A DNA stretch of 64,000 nt from Botryllus schlosseri (Eukaryota), in contig CM119378.1 of NCBI GenBank assembly GCA_051294905.1, positions 1,116,001 to 1,180,000 on the forward strand. The letters run 5' to 3'. A program made the position numbers and the translations under genes. This document shows, piece after piece, positions 48,117 to 61,237 of the stretch (its first letter is position 1; the number at the start of each line of letters is the position of its first letter). The notes under the pieces were generated by a model, which had not been told where the DNA came from, searched no databases, and saw nothing but the letters and a program-made list of their open reading frames with translations.

Positions 48117-51100
48117 ATGACCGCGCAAAGTGGAACGGTGTCACCGACCGCAAAGCTTGCCGTTCTTGTTCTGATGTCTTTTATGACAACCATTTACTTG
48201 ATATTGATCCGATGGACCAGAATCACTTCCTCGGAGAAATATATCACAACAACAGCAGTAGCGATGCAGGTAAGTTGTGTCTGATTGCTGACGCTTTAAA
48301 GAGTAGATGTGATTTCGCATGTATTTTGGACAATGCGGAACAAAATAATTTTGGAATCCTTAGTGATGAAATATTGAAAGTTATGCAACAGCAAACTATT
48401 GTTACTCGTTGCAATGGTTACCTGTCCCTTGCAAGCAAAGGTGGTCAAAATAATCAGCATCGCCACTCAAGTAGAAGTGGAACTAGCTCTGTAAATTTCA
48501 ACTTGATTATTAGAAGTAGTAATTTCCAAGACATGGCAAAACTACTTTGAGTGGAAGTAGAAAATGAGAGACGACAAGGTTTGATTGATAAAAAGGTCAA
48601 TGTCAACAGGGGCCGATTTTTTTTTTGTCAAACCAAAAATGTTTCCCTAAAAATTCTTAAGTAATGGGTATTCTTGTCTGCTAACACGTCTTTTGTGTTT
48701 GTGAAATGTGTCCTCTTTTTCTAATCTCGAAATATGGTAACCTTGCAATATGTATCTCCGCGACTGATGCAAAATGGCTAATGACACTAGAAATAGGTAG
48801 AATCTTTGAAATTACATTCAGTTACTGCGACAAATGGTCCATTTTTTACGGTTCTTATGAATAATTTCTCACAGAGTGATGCAAACTTATCCCAAACCTG
48901 CTTTCTACTTTTCAAACTAGCAGAAAGTACGGTAAGTAGTTTTCCTAGAATCTGTTCAAGTAGAATTAGTCTAAAACATAACCACTCGAGTGGAAAAACC
49001 TTCATTACTCCGAAAAATTAGAATTCGTTACTGACCACTTGAGCTTACAAGCTCATATTAAACAATAATATGGTTTACTTTTTGCATAACATTGTTAAAC
49101 CTTGTGTTTTGCAACCAAAGTTGAGTAATTACAGGTTTTTACTCTCAGTTGTGTTCTGCTGAAGTATATTTTATGTTTACAGTTGTCCATTCACTAATCA
49201 GCAAAATTTTGATCGTATTATTCCAGAAAACATATGTAATTTTGTACAAAATTTTGTTTGTTTTTTCAGGAATCCTTGAAGTTCATGTTTGCGTTTGCCA
49301 TCCTTATTTGGGAGAGTAAAGGTATCTCGTCGGCGCTACACACCATCAAGTTAGAAGCCTACGATCAACCAATGAGCACGTTAAAGATGGCAGTGCCTTC
49401 CGTCGTGTACGCTTTGCAAAATAATATGAATTTCATAGCTCTCAGCAATTTAGACGTGCCTGTTCAGCAGGTGCGAGTCAAACTTGCTTTTCTTTACAAG
49501 AACTGCGGTCACTTATATTCACTTGCAGGTTCTTTACCAATTGAAGATTCCCGCTGCTGCTTTCTGCTCCGTTCTATTGATGGGCAAGTCTCTTTCCTAC
49601 CAGCAATGGAGCGCCTGTTTCATGGTTTTTGCAGGTGAGGATACGTTTTGTTCATTTATCACTAGGTTTGTGCAAAATCGAAAACCAGGGTGACTCGATC
49701 TTGAATTGAGTCGAATATTCGAGCATCACTCATTATTACGTTACAACAGTATGAATGACGTGTGTAGTTCAAATACATATTTTTTATGCGAGCACAAACA
49801 ACACAATGCCAGTTTCACATCACATTATAGATTATTTTGTATTTTTCCGGCCATGCCTATTTCATTGAACTTTGTGAGGATGCTGTTGGTTGACCGTGCC
49901 AATAACGCGTTTTCGCATTATGATGCAACAGATAATACCACTTGATTAAAAACTTGGGGCGCTTCAGGTAATCATCGCGAGTAGCCTTGTCCAACTTTAA
50001 GCGTCCCGATTTGCAGTTTTTAATCACATAATTAGCAGTCTCCCGGATCAGCTAAATTAACGATCTCTGCCCTACTACTCGAAGGCTCAACGCAAAGTTT
50101 AATACTCTATTCAGAATCAATTCGCCCAAGTAGCTTACTCAGTTACCTCCAGCCATATTTGTCACCCGCTATTTTCTAGGCCTTGCGATGGTAGAATATA
50201 ATCCGTCTTCTGCTGCTGGAACGAATTCAAACCAGAATGTTTTGGTCGGCGTGGGAGCTGTTTTTGTTGCAGTTTTTTGCTCCGCATTTGCAGGTCAGTC
50301 CGCCTCTTTCTATGCTTTCACATGGATGAATAATATGTAGCCTATCCGATACAGCATGACCAATATCTGATTTTTGAGCCAATACTGATAAAACCTTAAC
50401 CAATAACCCCGATATATTCGGCCGATATCGAATCTAGATTGAGGCGCATTTCCAAAAGTTCAGACCATTGATTCGAACAGCTTTACGGCCATCACTATGT
50501 TTGGAGATGAAACAAACTAGAAAGGCTGCATCTAGCATACATCGCTGTCTTCCTAGTAGGCCTACCATGCTGTGACGTCACAAAAGTTGACAAAGGCAAT
50601 ACCGATATTTCTATGAAAGGGTGATAGCACTCAACTCGAACGATTAGAAGCACAAATTTTATTCACCATGTTTCAGGCGTGTATTTTGAGAAGATTGTGA
50701 AGAAGGATGAAACATCTATCTGGGTATGCAATTTACAGATGTACATGTGGACCACTTCTGCGTCGATTATTGCTGTTTTAACAAAGGACTTGTCTGCAGT
50801 CAATGAATATGGATTTTTCTATGCTTATTCGCCTGCCGTATGGGTGTTACTAGGTTGGTAATTCGTGGAGTGCTGAAGATAACAGAATTCCCTAATCTTC
50901 TTCTGTGTTCAGTTATTGGCAGTGTTAACGGTTTAATTGTGTCTTTGGTTTTGAAATATGCGGACAATATCGTCAAAGGATTTGCTGCTGCGATTTCAAT
51001 TGTTCTGTCAACAATTGCGTCCCACTTCCTTTTCCAGTACGACGTTGGTGAGTATTTTGTTGGTTTTTCTTGTAATCTGGTCTCAATTTTTTGTAACTTT

Positions 51101-51668
51101 GTGAGAGATTTGTCTTCGCGCTTACCGACTCAAAATCCCAGGGTTGTAATGACTCGAGTCATGACATGAGTTTGTCGGTGACTCGATTTGACTTCACGTC
51201 ATTTTCTTAATTTTGGAAATGCCTCGACTTGACTTGAGTCAGTTTGTGTATCGACTTGAACTCGAAACTGAACAGTAATAAACGCAATTACTCAGACTTG
51301 ACTCGGTGGTGAATTGAAAATGACTCAACTTGACTCGAGTCAAAACTGTAAAAGAAAGAGTGACTCGTGACTCGGAACCTTGTAACCTGGTTACAACCCT
51401 GTAATATCCTGGCCGTGAATCTTGTCTAACCTTGGCTTTGTGGAAGTTTTCCCTTGTAATGTTTCTTGTTTTCACAGGCCTGGGATTGCTTGTCGGCTGC
51501 ACGATCATATGCGGCGCGATATGTCTGTATTGCTTGCCTTTGCCCTGTTTAGACTCAAAATTTGTGACCGTAGCTACCAAGATGACTGGCTCACAATATG
51601 ACCAGCTGACGTCAGTCACTTTTGCCGATGAAGATGACGAGATCAATTCAGCCGATTCTACTAAGTAA
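48117..51668 (+). CDS. SLC35A-family nucleotide-sugar transporter, 7 exons
   Basis: Exons 48117-48269, 49270-49470, 49529-49634, 50180-50293, 50677-50853, 50913-51047 and 51478-51668; motifs [28 protein letters not shown] and [12 protein letters not shown]. Subtype (A1/A2/A3) unresolved. Confidence 0.87.
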
Positions 51669-51928
51669 TCTGGCAAATTTGAAAGAATTTCATACCGCAG
51701 TACTATGTTCTCAAGCTACATGTACTCTCCTGCCACTGTGGGGTACTGTTATGCAAGCTTAGTGGTTGATGTTATTTTTTGTGTTTTAAAAACCTGTTGC
51801 AATATGAGCTTTTCGATGGCGAAGATTCCATCTTGCAGTGTGACTCAAAGTCTTCAATTCTCACAGCCTGATACATTCCTGTCTTTATCTTGTAACATAC
51901 TAATTCTGCTATTGGCAAACATTTGATG

Positions 51929-52636
51929 CAGGGCCGGCCAACCCGTGGCCCGCGTGAAGGTTTTGAGTGGCCCGCGAGGTAATTTCCGAAATTAGTAGTA
52001 TAATACAAAATGGATTGCACAGATTGTGAACTTGCAAGGCCAATCAAAAGTTTGATTAGTCTTGCCGCAACACTTGAGATATGATGACCAAAATTACAGT
52101 TCCGACGCATTGGCAGATCCATGAGCCAGTCATATTTTGGTAGATCTTTGTATACTACAGTAAAGCAGAATAATTTGAGATGGATTTATCAAAAGTAAAA
52201 TTTGCTTCACGTTCCTGCAGCATGTTGTCACTCGATGTCTCGCTTTAAATATTATTACCCCTTCGTGAAAATGAAAGAATGCCTAACGTATGAGATTGAG
52301 TCTAATTATAGTCGCGATTACGAGACAAAGTGTCGTTCAACATATACGACCTTGCGTTTGCGCTAGCAGAAAGACCATCGACGATGAAACCTATATAGGC
52401 ACAAAATGATTGACGCATGTTGGTCGAAGGTTTCGATATCGACATGTCCAGGCGACGAATAGTCCAGTCCTTGCAAACTGAGCCCAGTGATATAAAGCAG
52501 ACCCGCAATATAGTCAAGTGACAATAGTATTGACCTATGAACTTCGAACAATTTTCGCGTGACCCGCGGCTAGTGACCCGCGTAGTAGTTCGGCAATCAA
52601 ATGGGGCCCTTTGGCCAAAAAGGTTGGCCAGCCCTG
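51929..52636. mobile_element. hAT (Charlie/SPIN-like) non-autonomous element
   Basis: TIR CAGGGCCGGCCAACC / GGTTGGCCAGCCCTG; TSD ATTTGATG / ATTTAATG (7/8); GGCCCGCG subterminal repeats. Confidence 0.8.
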
Positions 52637-53412
52637 ATTTAATGGATTATTCTATTTGTTCAAGAAATTATTGTGGTGACATATTTCGAATCTCTGGGAT
52701 TTGCTGTTCATTCTTTCATAATTGCGCCTTTAGTCGACTTTCATCAAAATCCACTTACCTTGGTTGCGCCGTAAAGAATTTATGTATATCTAAAAACAGT
52801 ACATTGAGCCTAAGCCATCTACTCGCCTGGAATTTTTTATGCCTATGATGTCATATTTGGTGATACGGTTGTTGATATACGAAGCTCTTTCGAAATCTGC
52901 TAGTTGGCTACGTTTACCCCGGACGAGTATCAGCCGGAAAGATTCGAGCTTATTTCGATATGAATATTTTTCAATTGTATATTGAAGTTTTGTAGGCTAC
53001 CGCCAACAATCTCTTCATCTGCTGTATGTGAATGTTCTTATGTCACGATTGTTAACCTTGCGTCTATTTGTCCTGTAGAGTCCCTAGTACTTCCTAATTG
53101 ATCTAATACTGTTCCTTATGATGCATATGCGTCTACACTTTTCTTCGGGTGTTAGCATCTTAGGTATCCGAACTAGTAGCAATTTACGATATTTCATTCA
53201 TGAAGAGCAATTGCAATTTACTCAGGTCAAATTTCACATCTTCACTGCTGCTCCATTTTCGCTTACTGTGACGAATGCTGGTTAAGTTCATGCAATATCT
53301 ACAATGTTTTTATATTATGTTCCTGACATGATTTAAAGATCACAACATGATTATTTATTGATTCAAATGTTTGTTTTCACCTTCTCAGAAGATAGTCGAC
53401 TAAATTTTAATT

Positions 53413-54369
53413 ATGTCTGAACAAGGGGATCCTTTCCAGGGTCATAATTTCGCTGTCCCAGTGACCCGAGTCAGCTCTGCGATGGATATGGACCGCTGGG
53501 TCAAATCGAGTGGGTATGAGGATTACTTGGGATTTGTGACCACCATGAATACTGCTGTGAAAGGGAAGAAATTAAGTTGCGAATTTCAAGTGTCTGACGT
53601 TATCAAAGGGCTTTTGCACCTGCTCGACACCTTGGACAAGTGGATCGACAAAATAGCTCCAACGGAACAACCGCAGAGATTTGGAAATAAAGCGTTTCGG
53701 ACTTGGTTTAAAAGATTGGAGTCGGAATCGGTCGGCTTGACTTGTGCGATTCTGCCAGATTATTTACACCGTGCCGCGGCAGAATTATCAGAATATCTGG
53801 TGGGCGGGTTCGGTAACCAGACTCGAATCGACTATGGAACTGGACATGAAATGTCGTTCGCGTGCTATCTGTGCTGTTTTTATAAACTTCGTTTGCTTGT
53901 AGAAACAGATAAATTGGCGACAGTGTTTAAAGTATTTGATCAGTACTTAAAAATTGTTCGTAAATTGCAAGTCACATATCGTATGGAGCCAGCCGGTAGT
54001 CGTGGTGTCTACGGTTTGGACGACTTCCAATTTTTACCATTCATCTGGGGTTCATCGCAATTTTACAGCCACCCCACTATCACTCCTGCTCATTTTGTGG
54101 AAGAAAAAATCGTCGCGGAGTATTGTTCGGACTTTATGTTTCTGGAATGCATCAAGTACATCACTTGCGTGAAAACAGGGCCGTTTGCCGAGCATTCGAA
54201 CGCATTGTGGAACGTGAGCGGGGTGGCTCACTGGGGCAAAGTGAATTCGGGATTGATTAAAATGTACAGGGCTGAAGTGTTGCAAAAGTTTCCGATTATT
54301 CAGCATTTCAAGTTTGGTTCGATATTGACCCTCGAGCCTGCCTCTCACCCCCCGCCCATTCGACTTTGA
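53413..54369 (+). CDS. PTPA: Serine/threonine-protein phosphatase 2A activator (PTPA/PPP2R4), no coding introns
   Basis: QPQRFGNKAFR, GNQTRIDYGTGHE, YRMEPAGSRGVYGLDDFQFLPFIWGS and KTGPFAEHS motifs. Confidence 0.95.
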   Translation: MSEQGDPFQGHNFAVPVTRVSSAMDMDRWVKSSGYEDYLGFVTTMNTAVKGKKLSCEFQVSDVIKGLLHLLDTLDKWIDKIAPTEQPQRFGNKAFRTWFKRLESESVGLTCAILPDYLHRAAAELSEYLVGGFGNQTRIDYGTGHEMSFACYLCCFYKLRLLVETDKLATVFKVFDQYLKIVRKLQVTYRMEPAGSRGVYGLDDFQFLPFIWGSSQFYSHPTITPAHFVEEKIVAEYCSDFMFLECIKYITCVKTGPFAEHSNALWNVSGVAHWGKVNSGLIKMYRAEVLQKFPIIQHFKFGSILTLEPASHPPPIRL

Positions 54370-55188
54370 GGTTGTTGTCTTAATTAGCACTCTCGCGTGT
54401 TAGTTTCGGTCTCTAATCGATGCTTGGGCGAAAAGTTGGCGTCTGTCAGGGACAAATACATCAACGCCTACACAAAACAACCAATCTCGTTTCTGAATAA
54501 TTCGCTCTGCTTGATATGAGGGAATTTACAAGGTCGCTTGTCATTTACTTTATATTTTTGCTCAGTGACTTGTTCGCTGCAAACTTTCCTGTAACCATGC
54601 GTCGCAGTGTTATAAAGCATATCAAATTAAATGTCATGATAAAGTTACTGCTATAACTAGCCTACAAACACCTATATATGAGATGAAACAGTGGTTCTCA
54701 ACCGTTGGTCCTCCAAACATATTTCCAGTTTTTTCTCAATTGCAAAATGAAAGAGTTATGACTTGTCCATTAATTAGAGAAGATGGTAATTTAGAATGCC
54801 ATATGACACGATAGACAGTGTACTATCAACTTATCCTATGTATATATGCTGCAAATGTAGTACCAAAAGGTTTAAAACAAGTCTACAAATTGTTAAAGGC
54901 CTGTACTATGTGACAGCTATGAAGACTTAAGAAAAGGTTGAGAACTACTGAACCTGAACCAAATGGTATTCTGATGGCTTGAATATCTCCAATGTTCGTG
55001 ATTGCGTATGAACCCTATGCAATTTGCAATAATGTTAATTATCCTCTCTCAGCTATTATTCACTATCAGCTTACTACAGAGGTTGACATTTATGGGAAGG
55101 GTTGTCGCAAGTGACCACCATGTGATGCTATTTGATGTGCAAAATTTCAAATACAATTTCAGTTACAGATTGTCCCTCTAAACTTACT

Positions 55189-55659
55189 ATGGAAAGTGAC
55201 GACAGCCAACCTGATGAATCGCTGACGGTTGATGCTGATGAAGATTTTAACGAACCTTTTGAAAAACCTGAGTTTGATCCCGACGAATGGGAGCTGGTGG
55301 AAGAAGATGATTGTTTGGTGGAACTTAACGGAATAACGAAAAAGAATTTTCTTGAAACATGCGACCGAGACAGAGTGAAGTTGATCGGACTTTTTGATCC
55401 AAAGGGAGAAACCTTCCTACAGCTCGATCAATATATATTTGCCGGCGGGCCCGCCGAAACATTCGGTACCAATGTTATTTTTGAAGAGATACATCAAGAA
55501 GACAGTTCCGGCGACGAGGAGGATACTTTTAAAAATAACTCGCCCGAGCAACACAGTAATAATGTCAAGTTGAAATATCACAGCAAGACCGAGCAGAAAC
55601 TTTCTTTATATCGGGCTCTTTTGATGAATAAGACGTCTAGTTCTGACTCAGGGAGTTGA
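55189..55659 (+). CDS. GTF3C6: TFIIIC subunit 6-like, no coding introns
   Basis: EEDDCLVELNGI...FL..C...KLIGL...FLQLDQYIFAG...TFGTNVIFEE resembles the TFIIIC_sub6 domain; ATG at 55189 follows an acceptor-like TTTCAGTTACAG. Confidence 0.75.
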   Translation: MESDDSQPDESLTVDADEDFNEPFEKPEFDPDEWELVEEDDCLVELNGITKKNFLETCDRDRVKLIGLFDPKGETFLQLDQYIFAGGPAETFGTNVIFEEIHQEDSSGDEEDTFKNNSPEQHSNNVKLKYHSKTEQKLSLYRALLMNKTSSSDSGS

Positions 55660-55958
55660 AATTGGTTGTGTTCTGTGACTAGAGCCCGACTGATGTTATG
55701 GTGTAGCCTATGTGTGACGCTACGTGCTTGCAATGTCTGCCTGGGTAATGAGGGGTTGTCTGTACACCGTGCAATGTAGAAATTGACTTTTTGGCAGTAG
55801 AACCAGTCGTGTAACTTAATGACCGATCAATTTTTCATGAATTAGCTTAAAATTTTGCAAGTTCTACTGTCTTCAACATCACTTTCCTATTCTCAGGTTG
55901 TACCCGTCTATCGTAGTTAAAATTTATTTGACTGATTTCATCCGAATATTCTTGCAAG

Positions 55959-58363
55959 ATGGTCTGTGAGAAATGTGAGTATTTTAACTCTCAGGTGCTC
56001 AAAGTAGTCACTGATGCTACTCAATTTCCAGTAGAAGTAACAAGTTCCAAGGCATGGCAAAGCTGCTTCCGGTGAAAGTAGAAAATGAACTCAGCCTCAA
56101 AAGGAGATTTAGTCAAGGGCCACATACTTTAAGCCGTTAATCGGCTAAAGTGTAGAAGTCATGGTTGTAACCAAGTCGCAACGCTCCAAGTCACAAGTCA
56201 ATCTCTATTTTATAGTTTTGACTCGAGTCAAATCGAGTCATTTTCAATTCACCACCGAGTCAAGTCCATGTCCAAATCAGAGGGTCGAGCCCGAGTAATG
56301 GTATTTTGACTCGAGTCCGAGTCATTGTGTTGACTGCTCAGTTTCCAGTTAAAGTCTTGTTAAACCCACTTTTTATAACCTTGTTTGGTCGTATCGAATG
56401 GTTAGTATTACGGTATAATACCAATTTTGCTCGCTTTTAACGATTTCTTGTCTCATTTTCAAGTACCAGTAGTCCAGTGCCATCAAATGAAAACCCAGTA
56501 GTGTGGTTACTGTGCTATTCTTCGAGATAACAATGAAATTTCAGCCTTGGCCTTCTGAGACTGTGGAGTCTACAGTCGTATGACTTGATTAGTAACACTG
56601 GTATCCATGACTTCCCTACTTGGCGCTCATGCATTACTGTGATAGCATGGGGGGGGGGTGGTACAAGACTTAGAAAGCCATATAAGGCTATATCTGATCT
56701 TACTTGTCCAGCGGCATATGCACATCATGCACTCATGATATGCATATGCTCAGATCGTGTGTATGTGTATCATGAGTCGGTGTATATGCCGCAAAAACAT
56801 CAAGGACAAAAATAAACTACGTCCTTTCCTTCAAGTCGGGTCAATACACAGATTGACCCGAGTCATTACAACCCTGGTAGAAATAAAATTTGTCCTGAAA
56901 ATGTTCAAGTCTAAGTAGAAACAGTTTGTAAGCATTAGGCAACCATTTGCGTAAGGCGTCGAAGTAGGCTCTGCGGCTGTTTTCTGTATAACCTTTTAGC
57001 GTTCCTCTTATCGTCCACAGTACTGGAATCATAGTGAACGTAAACTTGAGCGTCAGCCGTATCCATTTCAGGTCAAAAAAAGCTCGGCACTGTCGTGACG
57101 CCTGACGCTTGGAAGGCTGGAGCAAAAAACACAAACGGTAAACTGACATTCTTATATTACTCTTAGTGCAAGGTGCTTGCCTCTTAATTACATGTTATAG
57201 CCCAATGTGGGACCAGCTCTCCTATCTCTTCATTATATTGTGGTGTTTTTGAATCGATGAAAATATCAATATATTAGTGACAATGGCTGGGTGCCAGGTT
57301 TTTGACAATTTGTGTGTTGCGTTGTTGCGCGATACTTCTTGGCGTTGACATCGCTGAGCGTTTGTAGTTTATTGCAGAAGGCGGACGTAAAATTAACGAG
57401 AATAAAGCGTTGACCGGCAGGAAGAAGAGATACAACCCGTACAGCAGCGGAAAATTTGAAAAATGTCGCATCTGCAAGTTACAAGTCCACCAAGTCGGCT
57501 CACGGTATTGTCAAGGTCAGAGTGCGGGAATTTGAAACAAACTTGTAATACTGGGGGGTCTTGTGTACTTTCTTATCAACAACAACTGGTTAGAGCCCGA
57601 CCGATATCCTTGAATTCGTCTTTGATCAGGTCTTTCTCGGGGATTTTTTGTTGTAAGGATGCTGTGCCGACAATCAAACCAGGGCCAACACCGTAAATGG
57701 CGGTGGAACTCCAATTCAACCACATATATTAGTATTTGGGAGGGTGAAGCTGAATAAAAGGTCATCATCGAGCAATCTGGCTGTGATGTTGAGTTCTGGC
57801 TGAAGGTGTTGACCTTTTTTCTAGTCACCCCCATCAGAACCTGGGGATGAAAAATGACATGACGTTTATTCGATTTATTTTATCATGTCGCCATGTCTTG
57901 CATTTTGGTGTCGCAGTTGTGTAACATACCAACACACTACTCAGTACTCAGGGAACTCAAGGTGCTAGGATGCTGCAAACTATTGATCACCTTTTAAAGG
58001 GTTCCGCGAGGCCAAAAAGGTTGAGAACCGCTAGGTTACGGTATCGCAGAAGCATTCATTACCCAATATCCATACCCTTACTGCCAATCCTAATCTTACC
58101 ATACCCCAACCCTAATTTTACAGTAGTCCAACCATAATCCTACGACATGGCACGACATCTTTGGACATGTTCATGGGGTCGCCTGTTTGGTGATGGTCAT
58201 GCTGTTCACATAAGAAATTAAGTGAAGGAAATGACTGCCTTCCTTACGAAGTAGAGTATCTCATTCCTCTTCTTTGACAGGCTGCGCGTACAAGAAAGGC
58301 ATCTGCGCGATGTGCGGCAAGAAAATAATCGACACCACCAACTATAAACAATCTTCAACATGA
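55959..58363 (+). CDS. CRIPT: Cysteine-rich PDZ-binding protein, 4 exons
   Basis: Exons 55959-55974, 57072-57137, 57378-57515 and 58281-58363 give MVCEKCQKKLGTVVTPDAWKAGAKNTNEGGRKINENKALT...CRICKLQVHQVGSRYCQGCAYKKGICAMCGKKIIDTTNYKQSST. Confidence 0.95.
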
Positions 58364-59657
58364 TTACTCGATCACTAGTGAGCTGCTCACTTCGAACCCT
58401 GCGCCGCAACTCGGCGCAATGACGCATTTCCTCCCGATACTTCGAGAACGGCTCGTGTTACCGCCGATTTCGGGCGACCGTTGGTTTCTAAATTGCATTA
58501 TAGAAATATACACGCAGTTGACCGAGTAGTAAATCTAAGCAAACTGTTCTGTAATCCTTACTTGCACACTGACTATCACTCAGGAGTGGCCAGTAACGAA
58601 GTACTTCTACTTTTTACAGTTTTCAAGTAGGATTCGCGCTACTTACTCAAGTGGATATGTTCTTGGACTACTTCGACTTTTACTTGACACTTTTTCGATC
58701 CGTGCCACGTTCGTTTTACACGCTGTATTTTGAATTGTAGACAAGATAAGTTTGCGTCGCTTTTACGAGCGAAAATGTAATAGTCGAATGAAACAGGCCC
58801 TGTATCACGGTGATTGAATAACTCGCTAAAATTGCTCCGTTTTTAGTGTCATTGTAGTAATTTTGCGTTCGTCGCGAAGATGCATCTAGAAACTTTGAAG
58901 GCGGCCAGCTCCGATGCACTGCTAAAAGCTACTTTTTTTTATTTCTTGCAACTTTTGGTGTGTCTTGGAGATCGTTACTTGCTCTTGTAAATGAGTAGAA
59001 ATATACGCCGTTATTTGTATTTCTACTTGTGTTTGGATACTATGATACTATAAAATTCTCAAGATTTTTCAAATCAGATTAAAATTGCAATTACTGAATT
59101 CGCGAAAACTTGGACATTGCATTAAATTTCGAATTGGAAAGAAATAACAACAAAAAAATCATGTCCGTTTCATATCAAACCAGGGTTCGTGCACATAATT
59201 ATGAAGATGGCAGATCAGATGTCTGTAGCATTTTCAGGAAAAGCAGTTACATCAGAATTCAAATGAGTGCGCTGAAACACATCGCAATTAGATTGTAGGC
59301 ATTTCGCTGTCATTGTTATAATCACACGACAAGGATTATGTCCTAGTCTGTTGGCAAGGCTTCTTTACAAGGAGAGTAAGCCGGCCTCGAAGAGTATTCG
59401 GCGCGATGTCTAATAATCAGTCAGTACGTCCTCTGTCGAGCCGTAATGTCCAGAATTCAGCATTTACCAGAATACTGTTGACTCGGCCGTGGAAAGTCAT
59501 TCTAGCCAAGGCAATACTTCGATGTGACTCTACTTGGGTTGGAATTGTTTCATCGCTTGAGCAGCAACGATTGGCATATCACAACATGCAGAGTGGCCTT
59601 GTCGTCTGAACCAATGTTGCGGTCGCTACCGTCTTCCTTTTCTAGACCCTTTCGATT

Positions 59658-60147
59658 TCAAGCCATGTCAACGTATATGTCCAAGTTCTCGTTCTGAAGC
59701 GGGTCCTCATAGAAAGATTCACCGTCCTCGACGGCGTTCTGCGTATTTTGGTAGAGGCCGTCACCACTGTTCAAAGCGTTCATATTGCCATATTTCGGAT
59801 CGGAGAAATTTTCGTAAAACGAGTCTGTGTTACGTTCCCCGTCTGTTTTAACCTGCAGTTCCTCTTTAGCGTTCGGTTCGATGTAGTATGTCTCGGTCTG
59901 ATCCTTTGCCACCGCCAGATTTTCGTACTGAGGCTCACTCTGATGCAACTGCGAATTTCGTATCGCTTGGCTATTCCTAGAGTGTGACGATTCCCGGTTA
60001 TTCGCCGCTCCGTCACACGATTGGCCGGTTTCTTCAATCGTGGATAGTCGCGGACCGGCTTCACCGTTTGAATCTCTTGTTCGAGTGTTTTTCGGAGTAA
60101 ACTTGGCGTCAGATACGACCGACTTCTCGAGTTTCCTTTTCTTCTCC
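59658..60147 (-). CDS. Terminal exon of an unidentified gene; cytoplasmic-tail-like with many Tyr motifs
   Basis: Polypyrimidine acceptor TTTTCTTTGTTAG at 60148; open frame EKKRKLEK...YENL..YYIEP..YENF..YGNM..YQNT..YEDP..YVDMA-stop. Confidence 0.6.
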
Positions 60148-60939
60148 CTAACAAAGAAAAGAAAACTTAGTTCCAACAGAGATGGAAATCGACGAGACCT
60201 GCATGGTTTGTTCATGCGAGTAAGATATCAGTATCAAATTTGTCATCATTTCGAAATCCTGCAAGATTACCAGACCTGTACAGTGTACATGTACAATTAA
60301 AATATATAGGAAGGTGTATCCAAGCTACTTGGAGTAGTTGAGATGAGTGACATCATAAATCCATTCTTTGAGCACTGGCGACGTCAAACCATAATTTGAT
60401 GGGAGTCGAAAATTGGGGGGGGGCAAAGATATGCCTTTTGGATATCTATTCAATGATGGAAATGTTTTTTCTTAACGTTTGGCTGGCTCGGTTAGGTTTA
60501 TTAGCAATTTTTATCAGTTCAATGCACCACAAAAATTGCGATACAATGAATAGATAGGAAGGTGTCGAAACGACTTGGAGTAGTCTTTGAGATCAGACAT
60601 CCACCTGGGCCTAGGCGATGTAAATAGGAGACATGTACATTGCACAATGCACATGCACACTGAATGAAAGTAAAAGAATATAATATAAAATGATAAGCGA
60701 CAAGATCAGGGGGCACGTGACGGAAGGCTAGATCGATATGTCAGGCGAATGAAGAGTCGAAGACACATTGTCAACAATAAAACGGAAACTATGGCACTGA
60801 TTAGCTGGATATTAGTCAACTTCATTGAGACAGCCTTGTTGTTAATTCATAAATCACAAATGAACTATACGAAGCAACAGTTCTATAGAATTTGAGAAAT
60901 AAAGGTTGATATTTGATAAATCACAATCTCGTAGCTCGA

Positions 60940-61021
60940 GGTAGCATGGCCGAGCGGTCTAAGGCGCTGGTTTAAGGCACCAGTCATTTCGATGGCGTGG
61001 GTTCGAATCCCACTGCTGCCA
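60940..61021 (+). tRNA. tRNA-Leu (anticodon AAG)
   Basis: GGTAGCATGGCCGAGCGGTCTAAGGCGCTGGTTTAAGGCACCAGTCATTTCGATGGCGTGGGTTCGAATCCCACTGCTGCCA; 82-nt cloverleaf with long variable arm, followed by TTTT. Confidence 0.95.
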
Positions 61022-61237
61022 CATTTTATTTGGACACGGATTTCATTCGGCAAATATTCGGCATTATTATTGATCGAGATAGGAACATTCATACTTTTCC
61101 TTCCAATGACGAAATCAAAATTGTATCTAAGGTAGAAATTATGTACACAATGTACTGAATTTATAAATCCATCTTAGCCATTAGGTAGGTGTACTTGTAT
61201 AGCCATATAGAATGTCTATTGCAGAACACCGGATCGA

